Shown: positions 1-8,141, counted from the first letter of the stretch. The stretch is DNA of 42,717 bases from a virus (IMGVR_UViG_3300017747_004151:1-42717); one strand, 5' to 3'. Made by a program: numbers and translations. Notes: generated from the letters alone by a model not told the origin.

Positions 1-400
1 AGGAATGGGGCGACGGTTCTGCCGTGGATCCTTGGACTTTTGACCCACCCCTCCCCTTCCGCGCTGCTCCGCGCCCCACGAATCCGCCGTCCTCGCGCGC
101 TGTCTTGCTGCTATGGCAGGCATGGCACAGGGACTGGTGGTTCGTGTCATCCCAGAAGAGGGGATCATCTGGGCCGTCTACGGGCTTCACGTGGTCGGTC
201 TCTGTGGCTTCCACGTAGAGGCCCTGCTTCTTGTGCTCCTCGCACCACGGGTAACGCTTCAGCCGATCCTTGGAGTACCTGATCCAGTGGTCGGTGTAGC
301 CACGCTGCTGCCTGGTACCTCGGGTGCGGTCATGCGCCTTCCTCCGCTCTGCGGGTGGTGTCCACCCGGGTGGCTTGTGCGTCTTGATTCGTTGCGGCAT
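1..400 (-). CDS. HNH endonuclease (HK97 gp74-like packaging cofactor), runs off the left edge
   Basis: Not in ORF track. ATG at 400 with GGAG RBS. Translates MPQRIKTHKP...RGYTDHW...YPWCEEH...ATETDHVKP...LFWDDTNHQSLCHACHSSKTARED, the phage HNH signature. No stop before base 1. Confidence 0.9.
   Translation of the reverse strand, partial: MPQRIKTHKPPGWTPPAERRKAHDRTRGTRQQRGYTDHWIRYSKDRLKRYPWCEEHKKQGLYVEATETDHVKPVDGPDDPLFWDDTNHQSLCHACHSSKTAREDGGFVGRGAARKGRGGSKVQGSTAEPSPHS
6..15. repeat. 10-bp terminal direct repeat TGGGGCGACG, left copy; candidate cos
   Basis: Identical to 42707-42716. Lies between HNH and the MTase/TerS/TerL genes, where cos sits in HK97-like phages. Confidence 0.55.
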
Positions 401-430
401 GCAGTTCTCCTGCGCAGAGGTTAGCCGCTT

Positions 431-447
431 CTTGCACGTTACGCTAG
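431..447. promoter_or_regulatory. Operator-like site CTTGCA-N5-CGCTAG upstream of HNH and the late operon
   Basis: 430-448 matches the 19-bp TCTTGCGCGTTACGCAAGA site at 16/19. It overlaps a possible minus-strand promoter TAGCGT-N17-TAACCT. Confidence 0.6.
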
Positions 448-863
448 GTTCCTTTGCGCAGGGCCTCGACGAACGGGCGAAGGTCGAAGGGCAGCGTGAT
501 GTCTAGGTTGTCCCTGCTTACGATGATCATGCCCTGCGGCCCCCATAGCTTGGTCGCCCTGCCATCCCACACTTGGCAGTCCTCGCCGTACACCGAATCG
601 AGCAGGGCCTTCTCGAGGTTGTCTCTGTCGGGCCTCGACTCATGCGGCATGCCCATCAGGCGCAGGCGTTCCTTGCCTGACCAACTTCGCATCATCGGTA
701 GCACAAAGATCACGTGGTGGAATGGCCGAGGCAGCTGGACGTGTCGCAGCCTGCACTCATCGCGGAACGCTCTATAGCGCTGGACGCTTGCCGAAGGGTT
801 GAACTTATCCCGTGCGACCTGGCGCGGCGCCGGGACCGGCGTGATTGGGTAGACGCGAATCAT
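444..863 (-). CDS. rusA: RusA-family Holliday junction resolvase
   Basis: Motifs PVPAPR and RPDRDNLEKALLDS...EDCQVWDGRATKLWG. Confidence 0.85.
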   Translation of the reverse strand: MIRVYPITPVPAPRQVARDKFNPSASVQRYRAFRDECRLRHVQLPRPFHHVIFVLPMMRSWSGKERLRLMGMPHESRPDRDNLEKALLDSVYGEDCQVWDGRATKLWGPQGMIIVSRDNLDITLPFDLRPFVEALRKGT

Positions 864-878
864 GGCGGTGCTCGCAGT

Positions 879-1283
879 TCATCGGTGGTCGGTGATGTTA
901 TCGATGCGCTTGGACACCAGGCGGATGTCCTCTTTCAGCTCGCTCACGTCTTCTTTGATCAGCCCATGCTGTTTCTCGATCGCACGCATCAGTCTTTCTT
1001 CGCGCTCTTTGCTTTCGGTGCGGATGGTCTCGAGGTACGTGTGTAGGGCTTTGTTGTTTTGCTCGCCTTCCTCACGCGTCATGAAATTGGCGATATGGCG
1101 ACGGATCGTGATGAGTTCCTGCCGGACTGTTGACACGGGACCTCCGTCCTTAAAAACGCCATCATGGGCGTTATCCAGCCGATCGAGCATGCGCTTCCAG
1201 TACCAAGCGATCAGCCCGACGGTCATCGTTACGCCCAGCAGGGCGATGGGAAGCCACCAGTACGGATTGTTGTGCTGCGCCAT
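879..1283 (-). CDS. Single-TM membrane protein with coiled-coil C-terminus
   Basis: N-terminal hydrophobic helix WWLPIALLGVTMTVGLIAWYW followed by a charged heptad-rich region. Confidence 0.65.
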   Translation of the reverse strand: MAQHNNPYWWLPIALLGVTMTVGLIAWYWKRMLDRLDNAHDGVFKDGGPVSTVRQELITIRRHIANFMTREEGEQNNKALHTYLETIRTESKEREERLMRAIEKQHGLIKEDVSELKEDIRLVSKRIDNITDHR

Positions 1284-1287
1284 GTCA

Positions 1288-2136
1288 TCAGGCGCACCGC
1301 GCGACGATCTGCCTCGACTTCGGGGATCTGGTCAACGCCACCGCCTGAGTCGGGACTCGGAAGTATCCCGCCTCTTTCACGTCGACGCCGACCGGGCCGC
1401 ATCCCGCTCCGAGCGTCGCCTGGCCCACCACCACGTTCAGCCTGTAATCGTCTCGCAGGTACGCGCGGAAGCAGCTGAAGATATTCGAGCAGTCGAGTCG
1501 CAGGTCATAGGCGGTTGCCTCGATTACCTGTAGTCCGGTCGGCGGGTTCGGGACGTTGCTGACGTCCACGGCCGTGCTTGCGGATGCAGTGAGGGGCGCC
1601 GGTGCGACGATCGTCTTGCTGACGATCGCTGAGAGGTTCGACTCAACGCCTTGAGTGGTCACCGCCCGCACGCCGAAGTACCAAGTCCCGGCCGGCAGTG
1701 CCGTGATCGTTCTCGCCGTGGTGGCGGCGTTCGTCACGCTCACGCTCTGATCGAGGGCGGTCTGGGATGTACCGTATTGGACTCGAAACCCGGCGAGGTT
1801 CGTCAGCGGTGTCCCGTCCGTATTCTGGGTTGGCGCTGTCCACGATAGGGCTGCAGTTCCGTTCGCCGCCGGCACCGGCCCGGTGCACGTCAGCGTGTAG
1901 GTGGTATTGACGGTGACGGCCGGCAGCGTCTCCGTGCCGCTTGTCGGCTTTGCGCCGCTCCATCCCCCCGACGCCTGGCAGGACTGGGCCTGTGTCGTCG
2001 ACCACGTGATGGTGGGCGTGACGCTGCCCACGCCGGTCGCTGGGTTGACGGACAGGGTGACGGTGGGGGCCTGCGCGAAGGCAAGGCTGGCCGCCAGCAG
2101 CAGTCCTACGGTGGCGAGAACGCTACGAGTCTTCAT
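1288..2136 (-). CDS. Secreted Ig-like / fibronectin type III domain protein
   Basis: Start reassigned to ATG 2136 (MKTRSVLATVGLLLAASLAFA, a Sec signal with AFA cleavage site). Fn3 pattern LSWTAP...LAGFRVQYGTS...LPAGTWYFGVRAV...ESNLS. Confidence 0.8.
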   Translation of the reverse strand: MKTRSVLATVGLLLAASLAFAQAPTVTLSVNPATGVGSVTPTITWSTTQAQSCQASGGWSGAKPTSGTETLPAVTVNTTYTLTCTGPVPAANGTAALSWTAPTQNTDGTPLTNLAGFRVQYGTSQTALDQSVSVTNAATTARTITALPAGTWYFGVRAVTTQGVESNLSAIVSKTIVAPAPLTASASTAVDVSNVPNPPTGLQVIEATAYDLRLDCSNIFSCFRAYLRDDYRLNVVVGQATLGAGCGPVGVDVKEAGYFRVPTQAVALTRSPKSRQIVARCA

Positions 2137-3001
2137 TCTGGGGCTCCTCGGGTTGGTCGTCTCCGGCGCCGTCTTCAGGGTCCGCCGCGCTGCCGAATAG
2201 TAGCGTACCCCCTTGTGCTTGGTCATCCTCATTGCCTGGCTCCGGGGGTGTCGGCAATGGGAGCCAGTGCGGCCTGGCCGGGGCAGCCTCGGGGTTGTCG
2301 AGCATCGCCTTTGCCCAGGCAAACGCCACCATGCATTCCTGCTCAGTCCAATGCCGCGCGAAGTCCTCTGTGGGCAGGCAGTGCACCAGCGCCAGAATCT
2401 CGAGCGCTTGCTCCCACAGCGGTTTCGGCGATCCCGGGTCCAGCTCGAGGGTGTCCGCGCTCTCGAGGAGTTCGTTGACGTCCGCCCAAGTCTTGCCGGG
2501 ATCCGCGGCCGGCTCATCGGATCGATACCCGGGCTGATCCTGGTCGGGCTCGTACTTCGTATCGGCGCTTTTCGATGCCTCGAACAGGTCGCGCTGCGTG
2601 GCTTTGGCTTTGATCTCATCCATGCGCTGCAGGTATTCGTCCGGATCCGCCATCACGACGAGGATCCGCTTGCCTACCCCGTCGGAAAGCTCATGCCGGC
2701 TCCTGGCTCCCTTCTCGACGGTTAGGATCGCCTTGATCCCGCCGGCAAACACCACGCGATCGAGGCTGGCAACGCAGGCCGGGAACTTGCCGGCAAGCAG
2801 CACCGACATCGTTTCCTGCAGCAGATCCTTGATCTTGATCCTCAGTCGCTCGATCGTCTTGTCCTGTTGCGCCTGCGTCATTTTCGCCCAGGCATCAGGT
2901 ACCACGTGCAGTTCGTCGACGATCGCCTCGAGTAGTGCGCGGCCCAGCAGGCTGGCGGCGACCTCGGCTGTTTCGTCTGGCGGTGCGGTCTCATCGGTCA
3001 T
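2123..3001 (-). CDS. Conserved phage hypothetical protein, acidic C-terminus
   Basis: GGAGG RBS and high GC3. The N-terminus recalls phage proteins often fused to an FtsK-gamma domain, but no such domain is evident here. Confidence 0.6.
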   Translation of the reverse strand: MTDETAPPDETAEVAASLLGRALLEAIVDELHVVPDAWAKMTQAQQDKTIERLRIKIKDLLQETMSVLLAGKFPACVASLDRVVFAGGIKAILTVEKGARSRHELSDGVGKRILVVMADPDEYLQRMDEIKAKATQRDLFEASKSADTKYEPDQDQPGYRSDEPAADPGKTWADVNELLESADTLELDPGSPKPLWEQALEILALVHCLPTEDFARHWTEQECMVAFAWAKAMLDNPEAAPARPHWLPLPTPPEPGNEDDQAQGGTLLFGSAADPEDGAGDDQPEEPQNEDS

Positions 3002-3020
3002 AAATCCTCCCGTGCTATTG

Positions 3021-3037
3021 TTTGCGCGCCCCGCAAG
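3021..3037. promoter_or_regulatory. Operator-like site TTTGCG-N5-CGCAAG between divergent genes
   Basis: Matches the CTTGCR-N5-YGCAAG consensus, in the 56-bp gap between the 292-aa gene and the endolysin. Confidence 0.55.
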
Positions 3038-3057
3038 TTACCACAGGAGTTCTGCCC

Positions 3058-3504
3058 ATGGCACCCTATGCCCCTCGAAAAGCCACCGCCTTCATCGCCG
3101 TGCATTGCAGCGCCACGAAGGCCTCCCTCGACGTTGGCGAGGATGAAATCCGGAAGTGGCACCTCGATCGCGGGTGGGCGGATATCGGGTACAACATCGT
3201 CATCCGCCGCTCAGGCATCGTGGAGATCGGCCGTCCCATTGACTATCGCGGTGCCCACGTGGAGGGGTTCAACGACCTGGCCGTTGGCGTCTGCCTGATC
3301 GGTGGGCTGAATCCGGAGGGTAAACCCGAGGCAAATTACACCCCGGAGCAGTATGAATCGCTGAAGCACACGCTGCGGTTCCTCCGTCGGTATGCTCCTG
3401 CAGCCGTCATCCGTGGCCACCGCGACTTCCCTGGCGTCAGCAAGGACTGCCCTTGTTTCGATGTCCGCGCGTGGCTAAAGGGCAGCGCACCAGATCTGTT
3501 GTAG
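3058..3504 (+). CDS. Endolysin, N-acetylmuramoyl-L-alanine amidase (Amidase_2, T7 lysozyme-like)
   Basis: IAVHCSAT, GWADIGYN, GAHVEGFN, GVCLIGG, GHRDF, KDCPCFDV. CAGGAG RBS before ATG 3058. Confidence 0.95.
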   Translation: MAPYAPRKATAFIAVHCSATKASLDVGEDEIRKWHLDRGWADIGYNIVIRRSGIVEIGRPIDYRGAHVEGFNDLAVGVCLIGGLNPEGKPEANYTPEQYESLKHTLRFLRRYAPAAVIRGHRDFPGVSKDCPCFDVRAWLKGSAPDLL

Positions 3505-3555
3505 TCCCGTGATATAAACGCACCGCTCCCCCTTCCCCCTTTTCTGGAGAATCCA

Positions 3556-4200
3556 ATGGAACCCACCATTCCCTGGTACCAAAGCGCCATCATCCGTCAG
3601 CAGATCGTGCAGCTCATCGTGGTCGTGCTGGGCCTCGCTGGCGTCGTCACCGATATCGACTGGTCTGCCACAATGGAGGCTGTCTTCGCAGGCATCGCTG
3701 CCCTTGTCGCCGTGTGGACCATCATCACCCGACTCTTCAAGGCAACGCCTCCGATCACGGAAACCGCGGCGGTAAAGACCGAGGAGTTCAAGGCAAAGCA
3801 GGGCGGTTTCGCCCGTCCGGTGTTGCTGCTCTTGCTGGTCTGCTTCTCGCTGCCGGTTGCTTTGGCCATCGAAGGCTGCACTGCCACTCAGGGCGCCTAT
3901 AAGGCAGCGGAATCGCCTGACGAAACGGCTTTCGTCATCACCGAGCACTACGCCAGCCTGGTCAGGGAGGCCGCCAATCTCAAGGCCCGGCCGACAACGC
4001 CTCCGGAGGCGGTCCGGGCAATGCAGCAGGCCGACCTGGTCGCCGCTCCCCTGATCGACGCCCTGCGGCCGCTCCGGGACGCGTACGTGGCCTCGAAGTC
4101 AGCGCAGACTGAGGCCGATCTCCAGCTCGCGGTCAATCAGGCCGTGCTGGCCGTCGCCGATCTTGTTCGTCAAATCCAAGCAGCCCGAGGTGCCCAATGA
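3556..4200 (+). CDS. Holin-like domain fused to a lipoprotein/spanin-like domain
   Basis: Directly after the endolysin. PWYQS N-terminus with two TM helices, then KQGGF, a hydrophobic stretch, IEGC and a helical domain. Confidence 0.6.
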   Translation: MEPTIPWYQSAIIRQQIVQLIVVVLGLAGVVTDIDWSATMEAVFAGIAALVAVWTIITRLFKATPPITETAAVKTEEFKAKQGGFARPVLLLLLVCFSLPVALAIEGCTATQGAYKAAESPDETAFVITEHYASLVREAANLKARPTTPPEAVRAMQQADLVAAPLIDALRPLRDAYVASKSAQTEADLQLAVNQAVLAVADLVRQIQAARGAQ

Positions 4201-4445
4201 ACCCCATCATTCTTGCTCTCATCGCCCTGCGCTCGGCTGCTCTGGCAGCTGCTCTTGCCGGGCAGTCGAAGGTCTCAAACGGGCTGTATGCCCTCGCGGA
4301 TGCGGTGGAGGCCGGCCGGGCGACGGACGCGCACATGGCTGAGGTCGCTGAAAAGCTCAAGGCCGGGGAAATCACCGCGGCCGACTGGGATGACCTGGCC
4401 GCCCGTATTGCCGCGGATCGGGATCGCCTGCACGCAGAGGATTGA
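4197..4445 (+). CDS. Small lysis-cassette protein (possible spanin partner)
   Basis: ATGA overlap with the upstream gene; hydrophobic Ala/Leu N-terminus. Confidence 0.55.
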   Translation: MNPIILALIALRSAALAAALAGQSKVSNGLYALADAVEAGRATDAHMAEVAEKLKAGEITAADWDDLAARIAADRDRLHAED

Positions 4446-4450
4446 TCGCT

Positions 4451-4480
4451 GCCCCGGGCCGGACCATTCCGGCCCGGGGC
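4451..4480. terminator. 13-bp perfect hairpin between convergent genes
   Basis: GCCCCGGGCCGGA-CCAT-TCCGGCCCGGGGC; no clear U-tract. Confidence 0.6.
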
Positions 4481-4510
4481 CCTATCAGGCCGGTTGCCCG
4501 GCTGTTGCCG

Positions 4511-4735
4511 CTAGAATTCACAGCGCAGGATTTCCTGCAGCGCGGCCTCCTCCGGCCTCTCCCCCATCTCGAAGTACTCCACCCAGCGGTCGACCTCGAC
4601 GTGCTCGAGGCTCGCGCGAAGACCTTGGGCCATCACGAAGGCCGCCAGCTCGCGGCGCCAGCGGGTAAACCTGGCCGACGTGATCTCGTCGATCTCCTCT
4701 GGCTGGTCTAGGATTTGCATGGCCGCGGCTTTCAT
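4511..4735 (-). CDS. Hypothetical protein
   Basis: ATG 4735 lies 7 nt after a TTGCAC-N17-TAGAGT promoter; phage-like codon bias. Confidence 0.6.
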   Translation of the reverse strand: MKAAAMQILDQPEEIDEITSARFTRWRRELAAFVMAQGLRASLEHVEVDRWVEYFEMGERPEEAALQEILRCEF

Positions 4736-4742
4736 GGCCGCG

Positions 4743-4772
4743 ACTCTACACCCGGCTTGCGCCGCGTGCAAA
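4743..4772 (-). promoter_or_regulatory. sigma70-type promoter with overlapping operator
   Basis: Minus strand TTGCAC-N17-TAGAGT; operator CTTGCG-N5-TGCAAA at 4756-4772. Confidence 0.6.
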
Positions 4773-4774
4773 CT

Positions 4775-5020
4775 TCAGCGGGTGTCGGACTTCTCTGACG
4801 CCGGAACTGGCCGGCAGTCGTGGACCACGTAGTACCGGATCCCGGCCTGGTCAATCGGTTTCTGGTCGAATGCCCACCAGCCGAATCGATGCGGTCCTCG
4901 CATCTTCGCCATCAGTAGGATTCCGCCGCAGATCTTGCAGGCCTTTTCGTACTTGCCTTCGTTCTGGACGTCGCGCCCGAGGATGCGTCGCTCTGTGTTC
5001 CTCACGTCCGGCTTGCTCAT
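4775..5020 (-). CDS. Hypothetical Zn-ribbon-like protein
   Basis: CKIC...HDC; ATGA overlap with the upstream gene. Confidence 0.55.
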   Translation of the reverse strand: MSKPDVRNTERRILGRDVQNEGKYEKACKICGGILLMAKMRGPHRFGWWAFDQKPIDQAGIRYYVVHDCRPVPASEKSDTR

Positions 5021-5550
5021 TGCCTTTGCTCCATGGCTTTGTACGCATCCCACATCCGCAGGCTAGTCAGCCTGGCAATGCGGACGATCTGGTCTTCGTT
5101 CATCTGCGGGGCAGTCGCACACGGCTTGGCGCGCTTCACGCACTCCACTAGCCCGTTCGCGTAGCTCTTGCTTTCCGAAACCAAAAGCACACCGGAAATC
5201 GGCTGCACCAGCGATAGGAAGTCCTCTCGCCAGATGTCCTTTGGCATTGCGTAGTAGTGCTTCCACGTCATTGTCGGCCATGCCTTCGGCTGCGCCTCCG
5301 GCTTAACGTATCTCTGCGGATCCGGGTTCCAAACTCGAGGGGGGTGGTACCACCACTTGTCTTTCTTTGCGTCAGCCTTCAAGTCGGCGCGGCTGATTTT
5401 GATCTCGACGTCGATGATCCTACGGTTCGGCGTGACAACTAGCAGGTCGATCTCGTATCCCGTCCAGTTGCAGTTCGGCAGCACGCAAAGATCCGCCGAG
5501 AACGTGTTCCTCGCCAGCATGCGCGCGATCTTTCCCTCGCTCCACGACAT
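5017..5550 (-). CDS. PD-(D/E)XK nuclease-like protein (MmcB-like)
   Basis: EIDLLVVT...IIDVEIKISRADLKAD...HYYAMP. Confidence 0.7.
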   Translation of the reverse strand: MSWSEGKIARMLARNTFSADLCVLPNCNWTGYEIDLLVVTPNRRIIDVEIKISRADLKADAKKDKWWYHPPRVWNPDPQRYVKPEAQPKAWPTMTWKHYYAMPKDIWREDFLSLVQPISGVLLVSESKSYANGLVECVKRAKPCATAPQMNEDQIVRIARLTSLRMWDAYKAMEQRQ

Positions 5551-5557
5551 GGCGAGA

Positions 5558-5821
5558 TCAGTCCATCCCTGTTTCTTTCGGCGCCTGGCGCACCAGCTGG
5601 GCCATGCGCTCGAGGGTCACTGCCAGTTCGTGCCGGCGCTGGTGCGATCGCGGCAGCCAGATAGTGACCGCGCTCCGGTCATCGTCTGCCGGCGGATGAT
5701 GCAGCATCGGGCTTGAATGAAGCACCAGCTGCACCGCGTGGTAAATCACGCCGGTGCCGGCTTGCTTCGCCACCAGCTGGACCTCGTTGGTCAGTTCCTG
5801 GCTGTAGACGTTGATCCTCAT
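5558..5821 (-). CDS. Conserved phage hypothetical protein
   Basis: MRINVYSQEL...LHSSPMLHH...DDDRSAVTIW; coupled operon gene. Confidence 0.65.
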   Translation of the reverse strand: MRINVYSQELTNEVQLVAKQAGTGVIYHAVQLVLHSSPMLHHPPADDDRSAVTIWLPRSHQRRHELAVTLERMAQLVRQAPKETGMD

Positions 5822-6231
5822 TGGCCACCTTCCTTCGCTTCCGCTGCTCGCGCGGCGTCTATGGCGGCATCCAAGTCAGCCCCCTCGAAGCCGACCACGT
5901 AAGGCGGAAACGGGAAACGCTTCCCGGCTTCATCCCGCAGCCACCGATACCGCTCCGCATCGGTCGTTAGATTGCGGATCTGTTCGGCAGCGCAGCCAAG
6001 CCCATCCTCAAACGAAAGGGCATCTGGCGGCGGTGGAGGTGTCATAAACGGCTGCATCGCCCCTCGCGGGTCCAGCGGCACGGGGAACAGGTCATGTTCG
6101 CCATCAGGAAGGCCTGGGGCGTAAAGCGTTGTAGAAACAGGCTCGCCATTGGCAATCACTACCTGCGCGATGGGCGTGATGCCTAGCTGTGGCTGCACTG
6201 CGCTCGGTTCGGGATCAGGTCGATGGCTCAT
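5818..6231 (-). CDS. Hypothetical protein with DAERYRWLR...LDAAID module
   Basis: This module recurs in lambdoid early accessory proteins. Confidence 0.6.
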   Translation of the reverse strand: MSHRPDPEPSAVQPQLGITPIAQVVIANGEPVSTTLYAPGLPDGEHDLFPVPLDPRGAMQPFMTPPPPPDALSFEDGLGCAAEQIRNLTTDAERYRWLRDEAGKRFPFPPYVVGFEGADLDAAIDAARAAEAKEGGQ

Positions 6232-6439
6232 TGGGCTCCTCCGGTTGAATGCTCACCAGCGTGCCTGGTAGCAGATCCTTGACGCGGGCCGCCTCCTCGA
6301 GGCCGAACCGGATGACGACGGAGAGCTCGCCGCCCTTGATCACGCTGTTCCTCGAAACCTTGCCGCGCAGGGTGTTGGTGCGCTGGGCTCGCAGCTCTGC
6401 GGCAGGCTTGCCAATCCAGTCTTTCAGCCAGCTCATCAC
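6215..6439 (-). CDS. Hypothetical protein
   Basis: GTGA overlap with the upstream gene; operon context. Confidence 0.5.
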   Translation of the reverse strand: MMSWLKDWIGKPAAELRAQRTNTLRGKVSRNSVIKGGELSVVIRFGLEEAARVKDLLPGTLVSIQPEEPNEPST

Positions 6440-6708
6440 TTGCTACATGCTTCAATTGGCGTCTGCGCGGCTGCAACTTTAGCAACCACCAGCCCGGTCT
6501 CTTTTTCCAAGGCGGCATACATGCTGTCGAGGTTACTCCTCACGCCCGGCCCGTACTTGCGCGCCAGCATATCCATGTCTTCATCGCTGCACCCGCAGTC
6601 ATCCTCGTCCGCTAGGCCCTCCCATTTCCCACACTTCAGGCAGTGCTGGTGGTCAGCGAAATAATGGCGGTGCGCGCCCTTGAAGTATTTCTGCGGCTCG
6701 TTGCTCAC
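6436..6708 (-). CDS. Hypothetical Cys/His-rich protein
   Basis: HQHCLKCG...CGC; coupled to neighbouring genes. Confidence 0.55.
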   Translation of the reverse strand: MSNEPQKYFKGAHRHYFADHQHCLKCGKWEGLADEDDCGCSDEDMDMLARKYGPGVRSNLDSMYAALEKETGLVVAKVAAAQTPIEACSK

Positions 6709-6929
6709 CGCCGGCTGCCTCGAATGTCGACCACGCCCTCGGGCAGCGGCTCGGCGACGCGCAGCGGCTCTTTCGCCGTGATCGTCACCACCATCCTCCC
6801 GCCTGGCAGCGTCTCGAGGCCGAGGCTCTCGACCTCGACCAGCTTGCCTCCGGCTCGAATCTGCATCGGCACCCGGTGCGTCGATCGCAGCGTGCGGTGC
6901 AGCTCCCGGAACAAAGTCTCAGCGTCCAT
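6705..6929 (-). CDS. Hypothetical protein
   Basis: GAGG RBS; coupled operon gene. Confidence 0.55.
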   Translation of the reverse strand: MDAETLFRELHRTLRSTHRVPMQIRAGGKLVEVESLGLETLPGGRMVVTITAKEPLRVAEPLPEGVVDIRGSRR

Positions 6930-7125
6930 TGCGGCTTCCTCTCAGTTGTTTGGTCATTACTGCGGCCTCTCTCAGCCATCGCTCCACGAATCCACCACCG
7001 CAAAAGTACGCCGGCCGTCGGGGTGTTCCTTGAGTCGCGCGCCGTGATGAAATTCTGCCGCCCCATGCAATGGTGCGGATCCTGGTGCCGTTATCGCCGT
7101 CGGTCACTACGGATATGTAGCTCAT
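6919..7125 (-). CDS. Hypothetical protein
   Basis: GGAGG RBS; ATG 7125 in ATGA overlap. Confidence 0.45.
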   Translation of the reverse strand: MSYISVVTDGDNGTRIRTIAWGGRISSRRATQGTPRRPAYFCGGGFVERWLREAAVMTKQLRGSRNGR

Positions 7126-7349
7126 TGCTGCCTCCCCAAGCACACCTGCTGTCCGTCCGGCTTCAGGCGTGGCGTGATGCCTCTGTCGACGAGGTACTGG
7201 CATCCGTTCGCTGGGTCGGTGACCAGCTTTGCGCCGCCGATGTACTGCCGTGGCGGGTCAAAGTCTGTCTCGCGGCTGGCAGCGGCATATATCAGAAACC
7301 CGGCCATCCCGGCGACGCAAATCCACATCGTGCGTTCGACGCCGCTCAT
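7122..7349 (-). CDS. DUF6440-like small membrane-anchored protein
   Basis: N-terminal TM, then VTDPANGCQYL...GITPRL..DG...C. Confidence 0.6.
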   Translation of the reverse strand: MSGVERTMWICVAGMAGFLIYAAASRETDFDPPRQYIGGAKLVTDPANGCQYLVDRGITPRLKPDGQQVCLGRQQ

Positions 7350-7759
7350 GCGCCGCTCCCGCTTTCCCACCACCCGCACTCGGGTTCGTGCGGGTAGCCT
7401 CCCGGGGCGCCGCACGTGCAGGGGTTGAACGGGAAGGTCTGGCTCGGAATCACGCGCAGCCGCGGCCTTGCCGACTTCCGGTGGCTGGCGAACAGCGCCT
7501 CGACGTCGCTCGCCTGCGGGCAGGGCCGGTTCCGCTGCCGGGGGCGCAGCAGGAAGGTGTCGGGCCCGGTGCGCTCTGCTACGCAGTCGTAGGCGTGCAT
7601 CAGCAGCGACATCTCGATGATCGTGGCGTGCGGGGTCAGCTCGATCGCCCAGCTCGACTTAAGCGGGTGCAGGCGAATCGACATGATGTCTGGGTGGTGC
7701 AGCTCCTCGGGGTTGACGGTGATTTTCCGTATCGGGTGCTCTTGCTGGTTTGTGGACAT
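7346..7759 (-). CDS. Hypothetical protein, first gene of the leftward early operon
   Basis: CAGGAG RBS before ATG 7759; C-terminal CTCG...H..EC. Confidence 0.6.
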   Translation of the reverse strand: MSTNQQEHPIRKITVNPEELHHPDIMSIRLHPLKSSWAIELTPHATIIEMSLLMHAYDCVAERTGPDTFLLRPRQRNRPCPQASDVEALFASHRKSARPRLRVIPSQTFPFNPCTCGAPGGYPHEPECGWWESGSGA

Positions 7760-7802
7760 GGCGGTCTCCTGGTGATGCGGGTTGCCCTTCAAGGGCGCGG
7801 CC

Positions 7803-7831
7803 AGACTTGCACATCTCGCAAGGCTTCGCAA
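7803..7831 (-). promoter_or_regulatory. Leftward early promoter with operator in the spacer
   Basis: TTGCGA-N17-AAGTCT, the same layout as the three rightward cassettes; operator CTTGCA-N5-CGCAAG at 7806-7822. Confidence 0.65.
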
Positions 7832-7851
7832 CTCCCGGCCGGCGCCCTGAC

Positions 7852-7880
7852 TTGCTTGCCCATGGCGTTACGTGCAAGAT
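7852..7880 (+). promoter_or_regulatory. Promoter of the XRE gene with a degenerate operator
   Basis: TTGCTT-N17-CAAGAT, 6 nt before ATG 7887; half-site TGCAAG at 7873-7878. Confidence 0.5.
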
Positions 7881-7886
7881 CGCCGC

Positions 7887-8141
7887 ATGGCCGAACCCCG
7901 CACCGATTTCCTCATGGCGAAGATCCGCAAGTCCCGGGGGCTTAGCCTCGAGGCGGTCGCCGCCGTCGTCGGCACGGACCAGGGCAATCTCTCCCGGGTC
8001 GAGAAGGGCATGCAGATCCCCAAGCGGGAACTCGCCCGCTCCCTGTACGAGTATTACCGCAATACCCGTACAGACCGCGAGCGCCGGCTTCCTCTTGCCG
8101 CGATCTACGACCCCGAGTTCCATGCCGCCAACAAGCGTTGA
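7887..8141 (+). CDS. XRE/Cro-family HTH regulator
   Basis: KIRKSRGLSLEAVAAVVGTDQGNLSRVEKG...P; no S24 peptidase domain. Confidence 0.9.
   Translation: MAEPRTDFLMAKIRKSRGLSLEAVAAVVGTDQGNLSRVEKGMQIPKRELARSLYEYYRNTRTDRERRLPLAAIYDPEFHAANKR

Noticed and set aside
2137-2619. N-terminal extensions in the ORF track (also for ORFs starting 13069, 18407, 22953, 23273, 28800, 31742)
   Set aside because: They overlap upstream genes out of frame. Downstream starts fit better by RBS or stop-start coupling (for 31742, by paralog comparison).
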